Shown piece by piece: positions 37,234 to 46,286 of a stretch of DNA of 64,000 bases. Numbering within the stretch: position 1 is the stretch's first letter; each line of letters opens with the position of its first letter. The notes beneath the pieces were generated by a model. That model searched no databases, was not told the origin of the DNA, and was given only the letters and a program-made list of their open reading frames with translations. Position numbers and translations under genes: made by a program. The stretch comes from a virus (taxonomy: Duplodnaviria > Caudoviricetes): positions 37,925 through 101,924 of IMG/VR virus record IMGVR_UViG_3300044709_000184. One strand, given 5' to 3'.

Positions 37234-37427
37234 GAGGTCACCTCGGCCAGGTCCCGGTGGGCGCGGTCGACGTCGAGGAGGCAGATGGCGGCCGCCTCGC
37301 ACTGCCCAGCCCATTGCGGCCCGTTCGGGTCGACGTCATGGGCGGTGGTGATGTGGCCGCACAGCACCAGGGCGTCAAGGCCGTTGCGTCGCGCGACGGC
37401 TGCGAGCACCTCCCACGGGGTGCTCAT
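37230..37427 (-). CDS. Hypothetical protein
   Basis: ATGA/GTGA-coupled. Confidence 0.45.
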   Translation of the reverse strand: MSTPWEVLAAVARRNGLDALVLCGHITTAHDVDPNGPQWAGQCEAAAICLLDVDRAHRDLAEVTS

Positions 37428-39427
37428 GCCGCGACCAGGTCGGGGGCGTTGAGGCGCCGGCCGGTGCAGGCCGCGTCGACCAGGTCACGCAGCAGGGCCG
37501 GGTCGTAGCCCAGGCCGCGGGTCAGCAGCTCCAGGCAGAACCCGTGGAGCAGGGCCTCCACCTGGCCCGGGTCGAGGCCCAGGTCTTCGGCGGCGGGGGC
37601 CAGGTCGATCCAGGCGCCGCGCAGGACCCGTTCGGCGTCGCCGGGGCTGACCGGGCCGCGGCGGGTGTGGAGCTGGTAGCGGGGCGTGTCGGGCCACTGG
37701 TCGCGTTGGTGGTGGGTGATCAGCCGCACCCCGGCCAGGCCTAGGGCCCGCCGCACAGCTAAACCGGCCACCGGCAGCAGCAGGCTCGCCGTCGTCGGGG
37801 CCGGCTGGGGGGCGGGTTGGGTCGGGGTCGGGGCCGGTTGGGGGGCCTCGGTCGGCTGGGCTGGGATGGCCCGCGGCTGACCCGGTTGAGGTTCGCCCGG
37901 CTGGGCGGGCTGCTGGGTGGGGCCGCCCACCCCGGGCGGGGCGGTCGGGGCCGTCACCGACGGCGCCGGCGCTGGCAGCCCGATCAACGTCCGGATGGTC
38001 GGGTCGGTGAGCAGGGTCGGGTCGGCGATGAGGGCCTTCTCGGCGAGGCGGCGTAGCCGCTCCCGCTGGGTGGGCATCTGCTCCGGCACGAACGCGCCCG
38101 CGACCACGGCCGCCTCGTCGGAGAGCAGCAGCTCCTCGTGGTAGGCCAGGGCGTCGGTCGAGCGGTTGGGCCGGGCCGACAGGGGCGCGGTGTCGAAGTC
38201 GTACGAGTACAGGTCCGGGTCGAGGCCCATCGACTCGAGCGCCGGGCGGAGGTAGCCGGTGGTGAGGGCGTCCGCGATCCGCGACAAGATCGGTTTGATC
38301 TGCGTGGTGATCGCATCGTCGCTCACCTGCCAGGCAGTCCAATGATTACTGTCTGCCTGGCCTAGGAGGATTTCGGGCGGAATGTCGAGGCCCTGGGCGA
38401 GGGACCGGACGGCGGCCTCCCGCAACGGCAGCAACTGCTCGCTGAGGTCGGACCAGAACGTGATCAGCTTGATCTTGTCGACGGCGTCGGGGGGGACGGT
38501 CATCAGGATCGGCACCAGCGCCTCAGCCGAGGCCCGGTCCCGCAGCGAGGTGGCCATGGCCCGCATGAGGACCCGCTGGAAGCCGTCGACGCCGGGGGGG
38601 TCGTCGGGGCCGCGGGGGAAGTCGATGCCCTGGGGCAGGGCGAGCAGCCCGGCGCCGGCGAGGCGGCTGTCCAGCTCGGCGAACTCGCGCTTGCGGAGGG
38701 CCTCGATCTCACGCAGGTCGGGGATGGCGGAGCGGGTCGGGGAGTCCGGCTCGTCCGGGTCTGCCGGGTGGGGGGTCCACACCTGCAGCAGCAGGTCGAT
38801 GCCGGGGCGGAACACCATGTCGCCGCCGCCGTGGAGCAGGGACCGGCGGATGATGATGCGGTCGCCGGACAGGCGGATCTGGCGGCCCGACACGACGTAC
38901 CACAGGTCGTCGCCGTCGGGGGCGGCGTCGGCTTCGGCGACCACGTAGCCGTCGCCTGGGACGTACAGGTTGATGGCGAGCAGGCGCAGCGCCTCGTCCT
39001 TGGCGGGGCCCTTCCCGAGCGGGCCCTGGGCCAGGACGGCAATGTCGGGGTCTTCGGTTTCGCCGGTGACCTCGCCCGACTCGTCCAGCTCGGCCACGTA
39101 CAGCCGGCACCGGCTGACCGAGTTGCCGATCCAGTTGCACACGAACCGCAGCTGGGGGGTGATGTCGTACAGCCGCCACGCCTCGGCCTGCCAGGTGCGT
39201 GACCCGGGCCGCCAGGTCCGCCACCCAACGCCGTCCATTTCGACGGAGGCGACCGACGCGGTGACCGACTGGGCGGGCAGGGTGATCGCGGTCAGGGCGT
39301 GGCTTGCGCACCGGTCGGTGCCGTGGCTGGTCCAGTGTCGGCACCGTGAGCCGGTGGAGGAGGCGACGGCGGTGCAGCGCTGGTCGAGGTCGGGGAGGCG
39401 CCGCGCGGGCAGCGTCGCCACCGTCAC
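37424..39427 (-). CDS. Portal protein
   Basis: WQAEAWRLYD.TPQLRF, SRLAGAGLL, LAQGLDIPPEILLG, NHWTAWQ; follows terL. Confidence 0.85.
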   Translation of the reverse strand: MTVATLPARRLPDLDQRCTAVASSTGSRCRHWTSHGTDRCASHALTAITLPAQSVTASVASVEMDGVGWRTWRPGSRTWQAEAWRLYDITPQLRFVCNWIGNSVSRCRLYVAELDESGEVTGETEDPDIAVLAQGPLGKGPAKDEALRLLAINLYVPGDGYVVAEADAAPDGDDLWYVVSGRQIRLSGDRIIIRRSLLHGGGDMVFRPGIDLLLQVWTPHPADPDEPDSPTRSAIPDLREIEALRKREFAELDSRLAGAGLLALPQGIDFPRGPDDPPGVDGFQRVLMRAMATSLRDRASAEALVPILMTVPPDAVDKIKLITFWSDLSEQLLPLREAAVRSLAQGLDIPPEILLGQADSNHWTAWQVSDDAITTQIKPILSRIADALTTGYLRPALESMGLDPDLYSYDFDTAPLSARPNRSTDALAYHEELLLSDEAAVVAGAFVPEQMPTQRERLRRLAEKALIADPTLLTDPTIRTLIGLPAPAPSVTAPTAPPGVGGPTQQPAQPGEPQPGQPRAIPAQPTEAPQPAPTPTQPAPQPAPTTASLLLPVAGLAVRRALGLAGVRLITHHQRDQWPDTPRYQLHTRRGPVSPGDAERVLRGAWIDLAPAAEDLGLDPGQVEALLHGFCLELLTRGLGYDPALLRDLVDAACTGRRLNAPDLVAA

Positions 39428-39786
39428 GGCGTCACCGCGGCCCGGTCACCGTCGCCGGTGGCCGTCTGGGCGACGTCGTCGTCGGGGGCCGCCCGACCCA
39501 GCGGTGCGAGCATGCCGGCGATCTGGCTCATGGCCAACACGAGGGCCACGCCCAGGAGCCAGGGCGCCCCACCCCACCGCCACGCCATGAGGACGGTTGC
39601 GGCACCGACCCAGATGGACACACACCAGGGGCAGGTCAGCAGGTACTCGACCGGGATGAACACCGGGTACGGCGGGAGGTTCGCGATGACCCAGTCCCGG
39701 GCCGGGCGGCTGATCTCGTCGGCGGTGATCAGGCCTGTGAGGCGTGCGACTGCCAGGGCGTACACGCCCCACACCCATACCGACAT
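39424..39786 (-). CDS. DUF1360-like membrane protein
   Basis: ARLTGLITADEI.RP.R and YLLTCPWCVSIW. Confidence 0.7.
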   Translation of the reverse strand: MSVWVWGVYALAVARLTGLITADEISRPARDWVIANLPPYPVFIPVEYLLTCPWCVSIWVGAATVLMAWRWGGAPWLLGVALVLAMSQIAGMLAPLGRAAPDDDVAQTATGDGDRAAVTP

Positions 39787-39860
39787 GGTCCTGACTATAG
39801 GGGCGAATCACCGCAAATCTTCCGGCGTTGGGGGGGTTCCACCGCAAGGCTTCCGGCAGG

Positions 39861-41438
39861 TCAGGCCAGGGGTGACAGGCCGGTCGTGCCGGCCCCGATG
39901 CCGGCCAGGGGCGAGACTGAGCTGGCCGGCATCGTCCCGGACGGGGCGGCGAACTGGACCCCGGTCGAGGGGATCGGCAGCAGCCCGTAGCCGAGGTAGA
40001 CCGAGGCGTCGATGCGGCCAGGCGATGACGGGTCAGACGGCTGCCACGTCGTCCATTCCCGTTCCAGGTCGACGAAGATGCCCCGCAGCCGCACCCGGTC
40101 CATGAACATCTGCTGGGCGATCGGCTCGGCCCGCAGCAGCTTGCCCTGCCGGGCCCGGACCACCCTGATCAGTGGGCACAGTTCTTCCCCGTCGATCTCG
40201 CCTTCGGCGACGAGCCGGGCCCACGCCGACCGCACCACCAGCGTGGCCATGTCCCCGCCGTAGTTGGTCTCCACGATGATCGACGCGGCGCCGATGTCGT
40301 AGGCCAGCCGCACCGCGGCCAGCGACCACTGCTCGGCCGACATGACCCCCGACACGTCGTCGGTGATCCACAGCCGGCCGTCGGCGCCCAGGAAGCCGCC
40401 GACGATGCCGGCGACGTCGCGGCCCCCGCCGGACGGGTCGACCGCCACGGCGATGCGTTGGGCCTCAATCTCGGTTCGCGAATCGCGAATCTCGCGCAGC
40501 AGCTCACCGGTGACCAGCGCCCCCTGCGCGGGCTGGGGGTCGCCCTGATACAGCGAATGCCAGTCCCGCAGCATCGATGAGGCCTGCTTCTCCGTCCACC
40601 AGGCCAGCAGCCCGGCCGTGTCGGTGGAGGCGATCTTCGGGTGGGTCAGCGGCGCCCCCGCGGCCCGGCCGAGCGGGTCAGGCCCGAACCGGGGGTCGGC
40701 CAGGGCCGGCAGGTGGACGACCTTCCACCGGCCGCCCTCCTCGAGCCGGCCCTCCTCGGCCAATCGACGGCCGGCGAAGTCGTCCAGGTGCCAGCGGGTC
40801 TGAATGGCGATCACGGCACCCATGTCGGGCTGGAGCCGGGCACTGGCGGTGGACGACCACCAGTCATGCACGGCGTTGCGGATGCGGTGGCTTTCGGCCT
40901 CGGCCCGGTCGGCGTGCGGGTCGTCGACGACGAGCAGGTTGGCCGGGAACCCGGACAGACCACCCCCCACGCCGATGGCCCGCAGGTGCCCACCCGACTC
41001 GAGGCGCCAGTCCCTAGACGACGTCGACCCCCGCAGCGGGCGCAGCCCGTACTCGTGGCCGTACCGGCCGATCAGGTTCTGCACCGCCTTGGACCGGGCC
41101 TCGGCTAGGTCGGCCCCGTAGGAGGCGATGACCACATCGTCGGCGGACCGGTTGGCCAGCCACCAGAACACCCCCCACTCACCGACCAGGGTCGACTTGC
41201 CGACCTGGGGTGGGGTGAGCACGAGGAGCCGGTCGTAGTCGCCGCGCAGCACCCCCGCCATGGCCTGCCCGATGACCCGCAGATGCGGCCGGGTCCGGTA
41301 CTCCCCGTCCAGCCCGCGGGCCATGCGGGACGGGTCGGTGAGCAGGTCACGGGCCAGGGACCGCTGCGCGGCCAGCAGCGTCGAATAGACGGTCAGATCA
41401 TCGGCGCCGGCAAGGCCACCACGGTCGAGAAGGGTCAT
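39861..41438 (-). CDS. terL: Terminase large subunit
   Basis: Walker A PPQVGKS, Walker B LLVVDDP, QTRWH, YQGDP, nuclease AVDP...ETNYGG...SPGRIDA. Confidence 0.92.
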   Translation of the reverse strand: MTLLDRGGLAGADDLTVYSTLLAAQRSLARDLLTDPSRMARGLDGEYRTRPHLRVIGQAMAGVLRGDYDRLLVLTPPQVGKSTLVGEWGVFWWLANRSADDVVIASYGADLAEARSKAVQNLIGRYGHEYGLRPLRGSTSSRDWRLESGGHLRAIGVGGGLSGFPANLLVVDDPHADRAEAESHRIRNAVHDWWSSTASARLQPDMGAVIAIQTRWHLDDFAGRRLAEEGRLEEGGRWKVVHLPALADPRFGPDPLGRAAGAPLTHPKIASTDTAGLLAWWTEKQASSMLRDWHSLYQGDPQPAQGALVTGELLREIRDSRTEIEAQRIAVAVDPSGGGRDVAGIVGGFLGADGRLWITDDVSGVMSAEQWSLAAVRLAYDIGAASIIVETNYGGDMATLVVRSAWARLVAEGEIDGEELCPLIRVVRARQGKLLRAEPIAQQMFMDRVRLRGIFVDLEREWTTWQPSDPSSPGRIDASVYLGYGLLPIPSTGVQFAAPSGTMPASSVSPLAGIGAGTTGLSPLA

Positions 41439-42031
41439 TCATCGTCGTCCCCACCGGCGTGGGCGGCCCGGCTACGACGGGCCACATCAGCGGCCAAGGT
41501 CGCGATGGCCGACCGTCGCTGGTCGGCGGTCATCCCGGCCAGCTCGGCCACCTGCACCGCGAGCGGGTCACCGCCCGGGCCGGTCACCGCCACCGTCAGG
41601 GCCGGGTCGCCGTACAAGACCCTGCGGTGCCGCATCACCACATCCAGGAGGCGGACCAGGTCGGCCGGGGCCAGGTCTTCGGGCCGCAACGTTTGGAGCC
41701 GGGCGGCGAGCCGGCTGGCCGCCGCGCTCAGCAGCCGGCCGTCGTTTTCGGCGGCCCGGCGCCGCTCCTCCAGCCACGTCGCCTCATACAGCTGGTCGCG
41801 GTGCCGGTCGTAGGCCTCGGCCCGCTCAGACCACCGGTACGCGGCCGCGACCGCCCGCACGTAGGCCGGGTGCCGTGTAAGGGTTTCGGCAACGTTGCGC
41901 AGGGTCCGGGCCCGGCCCGCGTCCAGGTAGAGCCGGAACTGCCCGTACCGGTAGGTCGTCTCGCCGGGCTGGCGGTCCCACGGGTCCAGCTCCGGGTCGA
42001 GGGCCAGCAGGGGCAGTTGCACAGCGGGCAC
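41435..42031 (-). CDS. terS: Terminase small subunit (probable)
   Basis: PWDRQPGET...F..Y...R...W.ERAEAYD and VTGPGGDPL; ATGA-coupled to terL. Confidence 0.7.
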   Translation of the reverse strand: MPAVQLPLLALDPELDPWDRQPGETTYRYGQFRLYLDAGRARTLRNVAETLTRHPAYVRAVAAAYRWSERAEAYDRHRDQLYEATWLEERRRAAENDGRLLSAAASRLAARLQTLRPEDLAPADLVRLLDVVMRHRRVLYGDPALTVAVTGPGGDPLAVQVAELAGMTADQRRSAIATLAADVARRSRAAHAGGDDDE

Positions 42032-42046
42032 GGGTGTGGCCTCCTC

Positions 42047-42628
42047 TCACGACTGCCAGGCCGGGCCGGTGAGCCGGGCGTCGAAGTGGCTGCGGTACGG
42101 GTCGCGGGCCAGGGCACCCAGGTACTGGGTGGTGACCATGGCCACCTGGTCGCCGGTGCGGGCACCCCGCAGCGCCATGCAGGAATGCACGCCCCTGACG
42201 GCGCAGGCCGCCCCACGGGCCCGGTCGGGCCGGTCGAGGGCGGTGGCGATCTGTTCGGTGAGCCGCTCCTGCACCTGGGGCCGGGCGGCGTATTCCTGCA
42301 CGAGCCGGGCCAGCTTCGACAGGCCGACGATGGGGGCGTCGACGGATGGCAGGTACCCGACCGTGACGACCCCGGTGAAGGGCAGCAGGTGGTGTTCGCA
42401 CAGCGACACGAACGGCAGGTCAGTGACCACGACCAGGCCGGGGTCTTTCGACACGGGTGGGAACTCGACGGACAGGTGCCGGGTCGGGTCGAGGGCCCGG
42501 CCGGCGGCCAGCTCGTCGAGGGCCCGCACGAACCTGATGGGGGTGACGTCGTCGACCCCTTCGATGCCCAGGGCGGCCAGCATCGCCGCGGCGTGCCCGG
42601 CCGCAGCGGCCAGGTCGGGGCCGGTCAC
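42047..42628 (-). CDS. folE: GTP cyclohydrolase I
   Basis: SLCEHHLLPF, VGLSKLARLV, RPQVQERLT, HSCMALRG. Confidence 0.95.
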   Translation of the reverse strand: MTGPDLAAAAGHAAAMLAALGIEGVDDVTPIRFVRALDELAAGRALDPTRHLSVEFPPVSKDPGLVVVTDLPFVSLCEHHLLPFTGVVTVGYLPSVDAPIVGLSKLARLVQEYAARPQVQERLTEQIATALDRPDRARGAACAVRGVHSCMALRGARTGDQVAMVTTQYLGALARDPYRSHFDARLTGPAWQS

Positions 42629-43338
42629 CGCCCGCGCTCCGTGCCCGGCCAGAGCAGCACGTGTTGGCGCAGGGTCAGGTTGGCCCCCGCCGCCAGGACG
42701 GTGCCGGCGACCGCCTGGGCGGTGGTGACCAGGCGGGCCGGGTCGTTGCCTTCCGGCATGAACCACACCGCCCGCCGCGGCACCCCGTACGTGTCGGCCA
42801 GGTCCAGCCCGGCGGTCACGTCGGTCGTCGACGCCACGACCAGCTTCCACACGGCGTGCCCTTCGTGGGCCAGCTCGCCGTATCGGGTCAGGGCGGCCGG
42901 CACGATGCGCCGGTGTTCCGGGTCGTCGCTCATGGCCCGGGGCAGCTTCGGCGACACGTTGAACCGCAGCGGGTACCGGTCGAGGGGGTCCGGGTCGAGG
43001 GTGCCGTTGGTTTCGACCTCGACACGGCGGCCCTGCCGGGCCAGGGCGGCGACCAGGTCGGTGAGGGCCTGGAAGTGGCGGTACAGGGTGGGTTCCCCGC
43101 CCGTGATGACGACCAGCCGGGCCGGCGGCAGGGCCACCATGATGTCCGGGGCCGACATGGGGGTCAGCTCAGCGCGCAGGTCGTAGCGGGCGGCGTCCCA
43201 CGTGTAGGGCGTGTCGCAGGCCCGGCAGGTCAGATTGCAGCCACCCAGCCGGACGAACGCGGCCAGCTGACCGGCCGACGGGCCCTCACCCTGGAAGGTG
43301 GGGCCGAAGATTTCCGCCACAGGCAGGGTGCCGGTCAT
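42625..43338 (-). CDS. queE: 7-carboxy-7-deazaguanine synthase (radical SAM)
   Basis: EIFGPTFQGEG, FVRLGGCNLTCRACDT, ITGGEP, ETNGT, SPKL. Confidence 0.95.
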   Translation of the reverse strand: MTGTLPVAEIFGPTFQGEGPSAGQLAAFVRLGGCNLTCRACDTPYTWDAARYDLRAELTPMSAPDIMVALPPARLVVITGGEPTLYRHFQALTDLVAALARQGRRVEVETNGTLDPDPLDRYPLRFNVSPKLPRAMSDDPEHRRIVPAALTRYGELAHEGHAVWKLVVASTTDVTAGLDLADTYGVPRRAVWFMPEGNDPARLVTTAQAVAGTVLAAGANLTLRQHVLLWPGTERGR

Positions 43339-43706
43339 GACCGGTACCGGGCCCACGTCGACGGCGTCTCGGACACCAGCACCGCGTCGACGGTCACCCC
43401 GTCGGGCAGGTCCAGGTTGGCGGTACACCAGTCGTACAGGTGCTGGGCGAGGCGCTCGCTGGTGGGTGGGAAGGGGACCACGTCGTTGAGGTAGCTGTGG
43501 TCGAAGGTCTCATCGAGGTAGGCCTTCACCGGGGCCAGGTCGGCGAAGTCGGCCACGAACCCCGGCCCGGTCAGGGTCGCCGCGGTCAGGCGCACCTCGG
43601 CCCGGTAGGTGTGCCCGTGGGGTCGGGCGCACTTGTGCCCGGCCGGCAGGCCGGGCAGGTGGTGCCCGGCGTCGAAGCTGAACGCCTTGGCGATGGTGTG
43701 GCTCAT
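43335..43706 (-). CDS. queD: 6-carboxytetrahydropterin synthase
   Basis: FDAGHHL, KCARPHGHTY, DHSYLN, PTSERLA, SET. Confidence 0.95.
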   Translation of the reverse strand: MSHTIAKAFSFDAGHHLPGLPAGHKCARPHGHTYRAEVRLTAATLTGPGFVADFADLAPVKAYLDETFDHSYLNDVVPFPPTSERLAQHLYDWCTANLDLPDGVTVDAVLVSETPSTWARYRS

Positions 43707-44368
43707 GGCAGGTACGGGGTCGGGTCGGCCACCCCGGCGTCGCGCAGGGCTTCGCGCCGCTCCACGCAGGTGCCGCACCGGCCGCAGTGCACGTCGCCGC
43801 CCTCGTAGCAGGACCAGGTCAGGTCGATCGGGGCGGCCAGCCGGGCGGCGAAGCGGGCGATGGCCGTCTTGGTCCACCACACGAACGGGGCCTCGACCCG
43901 CGGCGTGTGGTAGCCGTCGGTGGCGACCTGCACGCAGGCGGCCAGGGCGTCGACGAACACCGGCCGGCAGTCGGGGTAGATGGGGTGATCGCCGGCGTGG
44001 ATGCCCAACACCACCGCGTCGGCTTTGCGGGCCACCGCCACCCCGACCGCGACGTTGGCCAGGATGGCGTTGCGGTTGGGCACGACCGTGGCCGCCATCG
44101 CCGGGGCCGCGTAGTGCCCGTGGGGTACCGGCACGCTCGGGTCGGTCAGGGCCGACCCGGTCAGCACCTGCCCCAGGTCGGCCAGGTCGACGATCACGTG
44201 GTCGATGAGGTAGTGGGCGGCGACGTTGCGGGCGGCGCGGATCTCCCGCACATGCCGCTGCCCGTAGTTGACCGTGACGGCGGTGATGGTGTCACCGGCG
44301 GCGTGGTGCAGGGCGATCGCGGCGGTGGAGTCCAGGCCGCCGGAGGCGACCACCACGACGTGGCTCAT
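43703..44368 (-). CDS. queC: 7-cyano-7-deazaguanine synthase
   Basis: SGGLDS, YGQRH, VPNRN, YPDCR, TWSCY...CGRCGTC. Confidence 0.95.
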   Translation of the reverse strand: MSHVVVVASGGLDSTAAIALHHAAGDTITAVTVNYGQRHVREIRAARNVAAHYLIDHVIVDLADLGQVLTGSALTDPSVPVPHGHYAAPAMAATVVPNRNAILANVAVGVAVARKADAVVLGIHAGDHPIYPDCRPVFVDALAACVQVATDGYHTPRVEAPFVWWTKTAIARFAARLAAPIDLTWSCYEGGDVHCGRCGTCVERREALRDAGVADPTPYLP

Positions 44369-45312
44369 GTGGTGTCCAATCTGTGCGCAGGTGCGGGTGG
44401 GGGCTCGGCGGCAAACTCCGCCGGCCAGGGGGCCTGGCCCAGGTCGGCCCGGTCGGCGGCAACCTGCCGCCACAGGTCGGTGACCAGGTCGTAGGTTTCG
44501 GCGTAGGTGCGGGCGGCGTGCATCCAGCCGCCCGTCTCGAACCGGCCGATGTCCCGGTTGTAGAGGAACCCGGCGGCGAGGGTGCCGACCGCCTGGCCGC
44601 GGGCCAGGTAGGAGCTGGCCAGGTTCTTGTCCGACCAGCGCAGCCCGGAACACCACGACGACGAATCACACGAGTCGGCGGGCAGGGCGGCGACCTGCTC
44701 GCTGACCGTCAACCCCAGGACGTGGATCCACAGGTGCGGGTAGCGGCGGCGGCGTTCCCAGATGGTGTGCAGCAGCCGCACCCGGGCCCTGGGCCGGGCC
44801 CGGACCAGGTTCCCGACGCAGATGCGGTCGTACTGTTCGGCCAGCTCGTCGAAGTAGTCCCAGCCGTCGTTGAGCGGGTGGTACACCGGCACCGGCGACA
44901 GACCCAGGTCATGCAGCCGGGCCCGGGTGACCCGCTTGTGGTCCCGGCCGCCCTGGTCCAGTTCGATGTAGCCCCACAGCCGCTCCCCGTACCGGCGGAC
45001 CAGGGTCACGTACCGGTCGAACAGTTCGGCGAAGCCGCGGATCTGGTCAGGTGGGGTCGACAGGGCCTGCTCCATCGACATGCCCATGGCGGTGGCGTGG
45101 CTGTTGGTCAGGTTGAACACACCCGAGTCGAGGAACAGCCGGGCCCCCCGGTCGATTGGCCCTTCGATCGACGTGGCCGCCTCCCCGTCGGTGAGGGCGT
45201 CGTTGACGGCGGTCAGGTGGTAGCGGCGGTGCGCCTCGTGGGGGGCGGCGGCCAGGAAGAAGCAGTGCCGGTCGGTGCCGGGTCGGAACGTCCCCCCACC
45301 GGTGGCGATCAT
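44365..45312 (-). CDS. dpdA: DpdA-like DNA-guanine transglycosylase (TGT fold)
   Basis: LFLDSGVF, IELD, PVPVYH, ICVGNLV, IHVLG, SCDSSSW; coupled to queC. Confidence 0.75.
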   Translation of the reverse strand: MIATGGGTFRPGTDRHCFFLAAAPHEAHRRYHLTAVNDALTDGEAATSIEGPIDRGARLFLDSGVFNLTNSHATAMGMSMEQALSTPPDQIRGFAELFDRYVTLVRRYGERLWGYIELDQGGRDHKRVTRARLHDLGLSPVPVYHPLNDGWDYFDELAEQYDRICVGNLVRARPRARVRLLHTIWERRRRYPHLWIHVLGLTVSEQVAALPADSCDSSSWCSGLRWSDKNLASSYLARGQAVGTLAAGFLYNRDIGRFETGGWMHAARTYAETYDLVTDLWRQVAADRADLGQAPWPAEFAAEPPPAPAHRLDTT

Positions 45313-46121
45313 GACGGGACGTCCAGGAGCGGGGTCTGGCCGGTGACCCGGGCCCATTTGGTCAGCACCCACCCGGCGATGTACCGGCTGGGTTGGACCA
45401 TGACGACCCGCCTTCGGGCGGCTGTCTCGATGAGCCCGGCCAGCGGCGACGGGTAGGGCAGCAACACCGCCCCGTCGACGAGCAGTCCCACGTACGCGGC
45501 CCATTCGGTGTGGGGGTTGGCGACCACCAGCACGTGATGGTCGCCGAGCCACCACACGTCGCCCCGGCCCGGCTCGTAGTCCGGCTCACCGACGGTGGTG
45601 CCGGCCAGCTCGAGCAGGCCACCCTTGTCGACGTCGTCGCCCAGGTCGTCCAGGTCGGTGTTGGGCAGGTCACCGAGCAGGTCGGACAGCTCGTCGCTGC
45701 TGAACCCCAACACCTCGGTCAGGCCCCGGTCGGTGGCGACCAGGTCCGCGACGACGGCGGCCAGCTCGTCGAAGTCCCACCCGCCGGCGATGGTCTGCTG
45801 GTTGTCCAACACCAGGTAGGCCTCAGCTTCGACGTCGGATTGCGATGACCACCCGGCCCGTACCGGGACCAGCCACGCCCCGGCCTGGTCGACCTCAACC
45901 CCGGCCGGGGCCGGCTCGCCGGCGGCCCGCATGGCCCGCAGCGCCTCGCACCGGCCGTGCCCGACCACCAGCCGGCCGGTGCGTTCGTCCCGGATGGCGG
46001 GGGCCACAAACCCGAACCGGGCGATGGACGCCCTGATCGCGGCGAGGTCGTGACCTTTGGGGTTGCGGGGTGCCGGGGCCAGGTCATCGAGTGGGACGTG
46101 GTCGATCCGCACGGTCGTCAC
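45309..46121 (-). CDS. ParB/Srx N-terminal-domain protein with a vestigial methyltransferase-like tail
   Basis: RNPKGH...SIARFGF...LVVGHGR...DN; later GDVWWLGDHHVL but no DPPY or FxGxG. Confidence 0.7.
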   Translation of the reverse strand: MTTVRIDHVPLDDLAPAPRNPKGHDLAAIRASIARFGFVAPAIRDERTGRLVVGHGRCEALRAMRAAGEPAPAGVEVDQAGAWLVPVRAGWSSQSDVEAEAYLVLDNQQTIAGGWDFDELAAVVADLVATDRGLTEVLGFSSDELSDLLGDLPNTDLDDLGDDVDKGGLLELAGTTVGEPDYEPGRGDVWWLGDHHVLVVANPHTEWAAYVGLLVDGAVLLPYPSPLAGLIETAARRRVVMVQPSRYIAGWVLTKWARVTGQTPLLDVPS

Positions 46122-46238
46122 GTCTGGCCCCCTCATCGGGTGCGGCAACGGCGCCCGCCCGTCAGTGGGTGGGTTTCGTCCGTCTTTGACCCGAGATGGT
46201 AGACGTGTGCCCGCCGGCCGGGCGGGCGATCAACACAA

Positions 46239-46273
46239 AGGGCCGTCGCCCGGGTGACCCGGGCGGTGGCCCT
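46239..46273 (-). terminator. Intrinsic terminator of the early operon
   Basis: Near-perfect hairpin AGGGCCGTCGCCCGGG-TGA-CCCGGGCGGTGGCCCT followed on the minus strand by TTGTGTT. Confidence 0.65.
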
Positions 46274-46286
46274 GTCCAGCCCCTGC

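Noticed and set aside
42047-45312. Host queuosine tRNA-modification operon
   Set aside because: No queF or queA, a divergent TGT-like gene, and a position within the phage packaging operon favour DNA modification.
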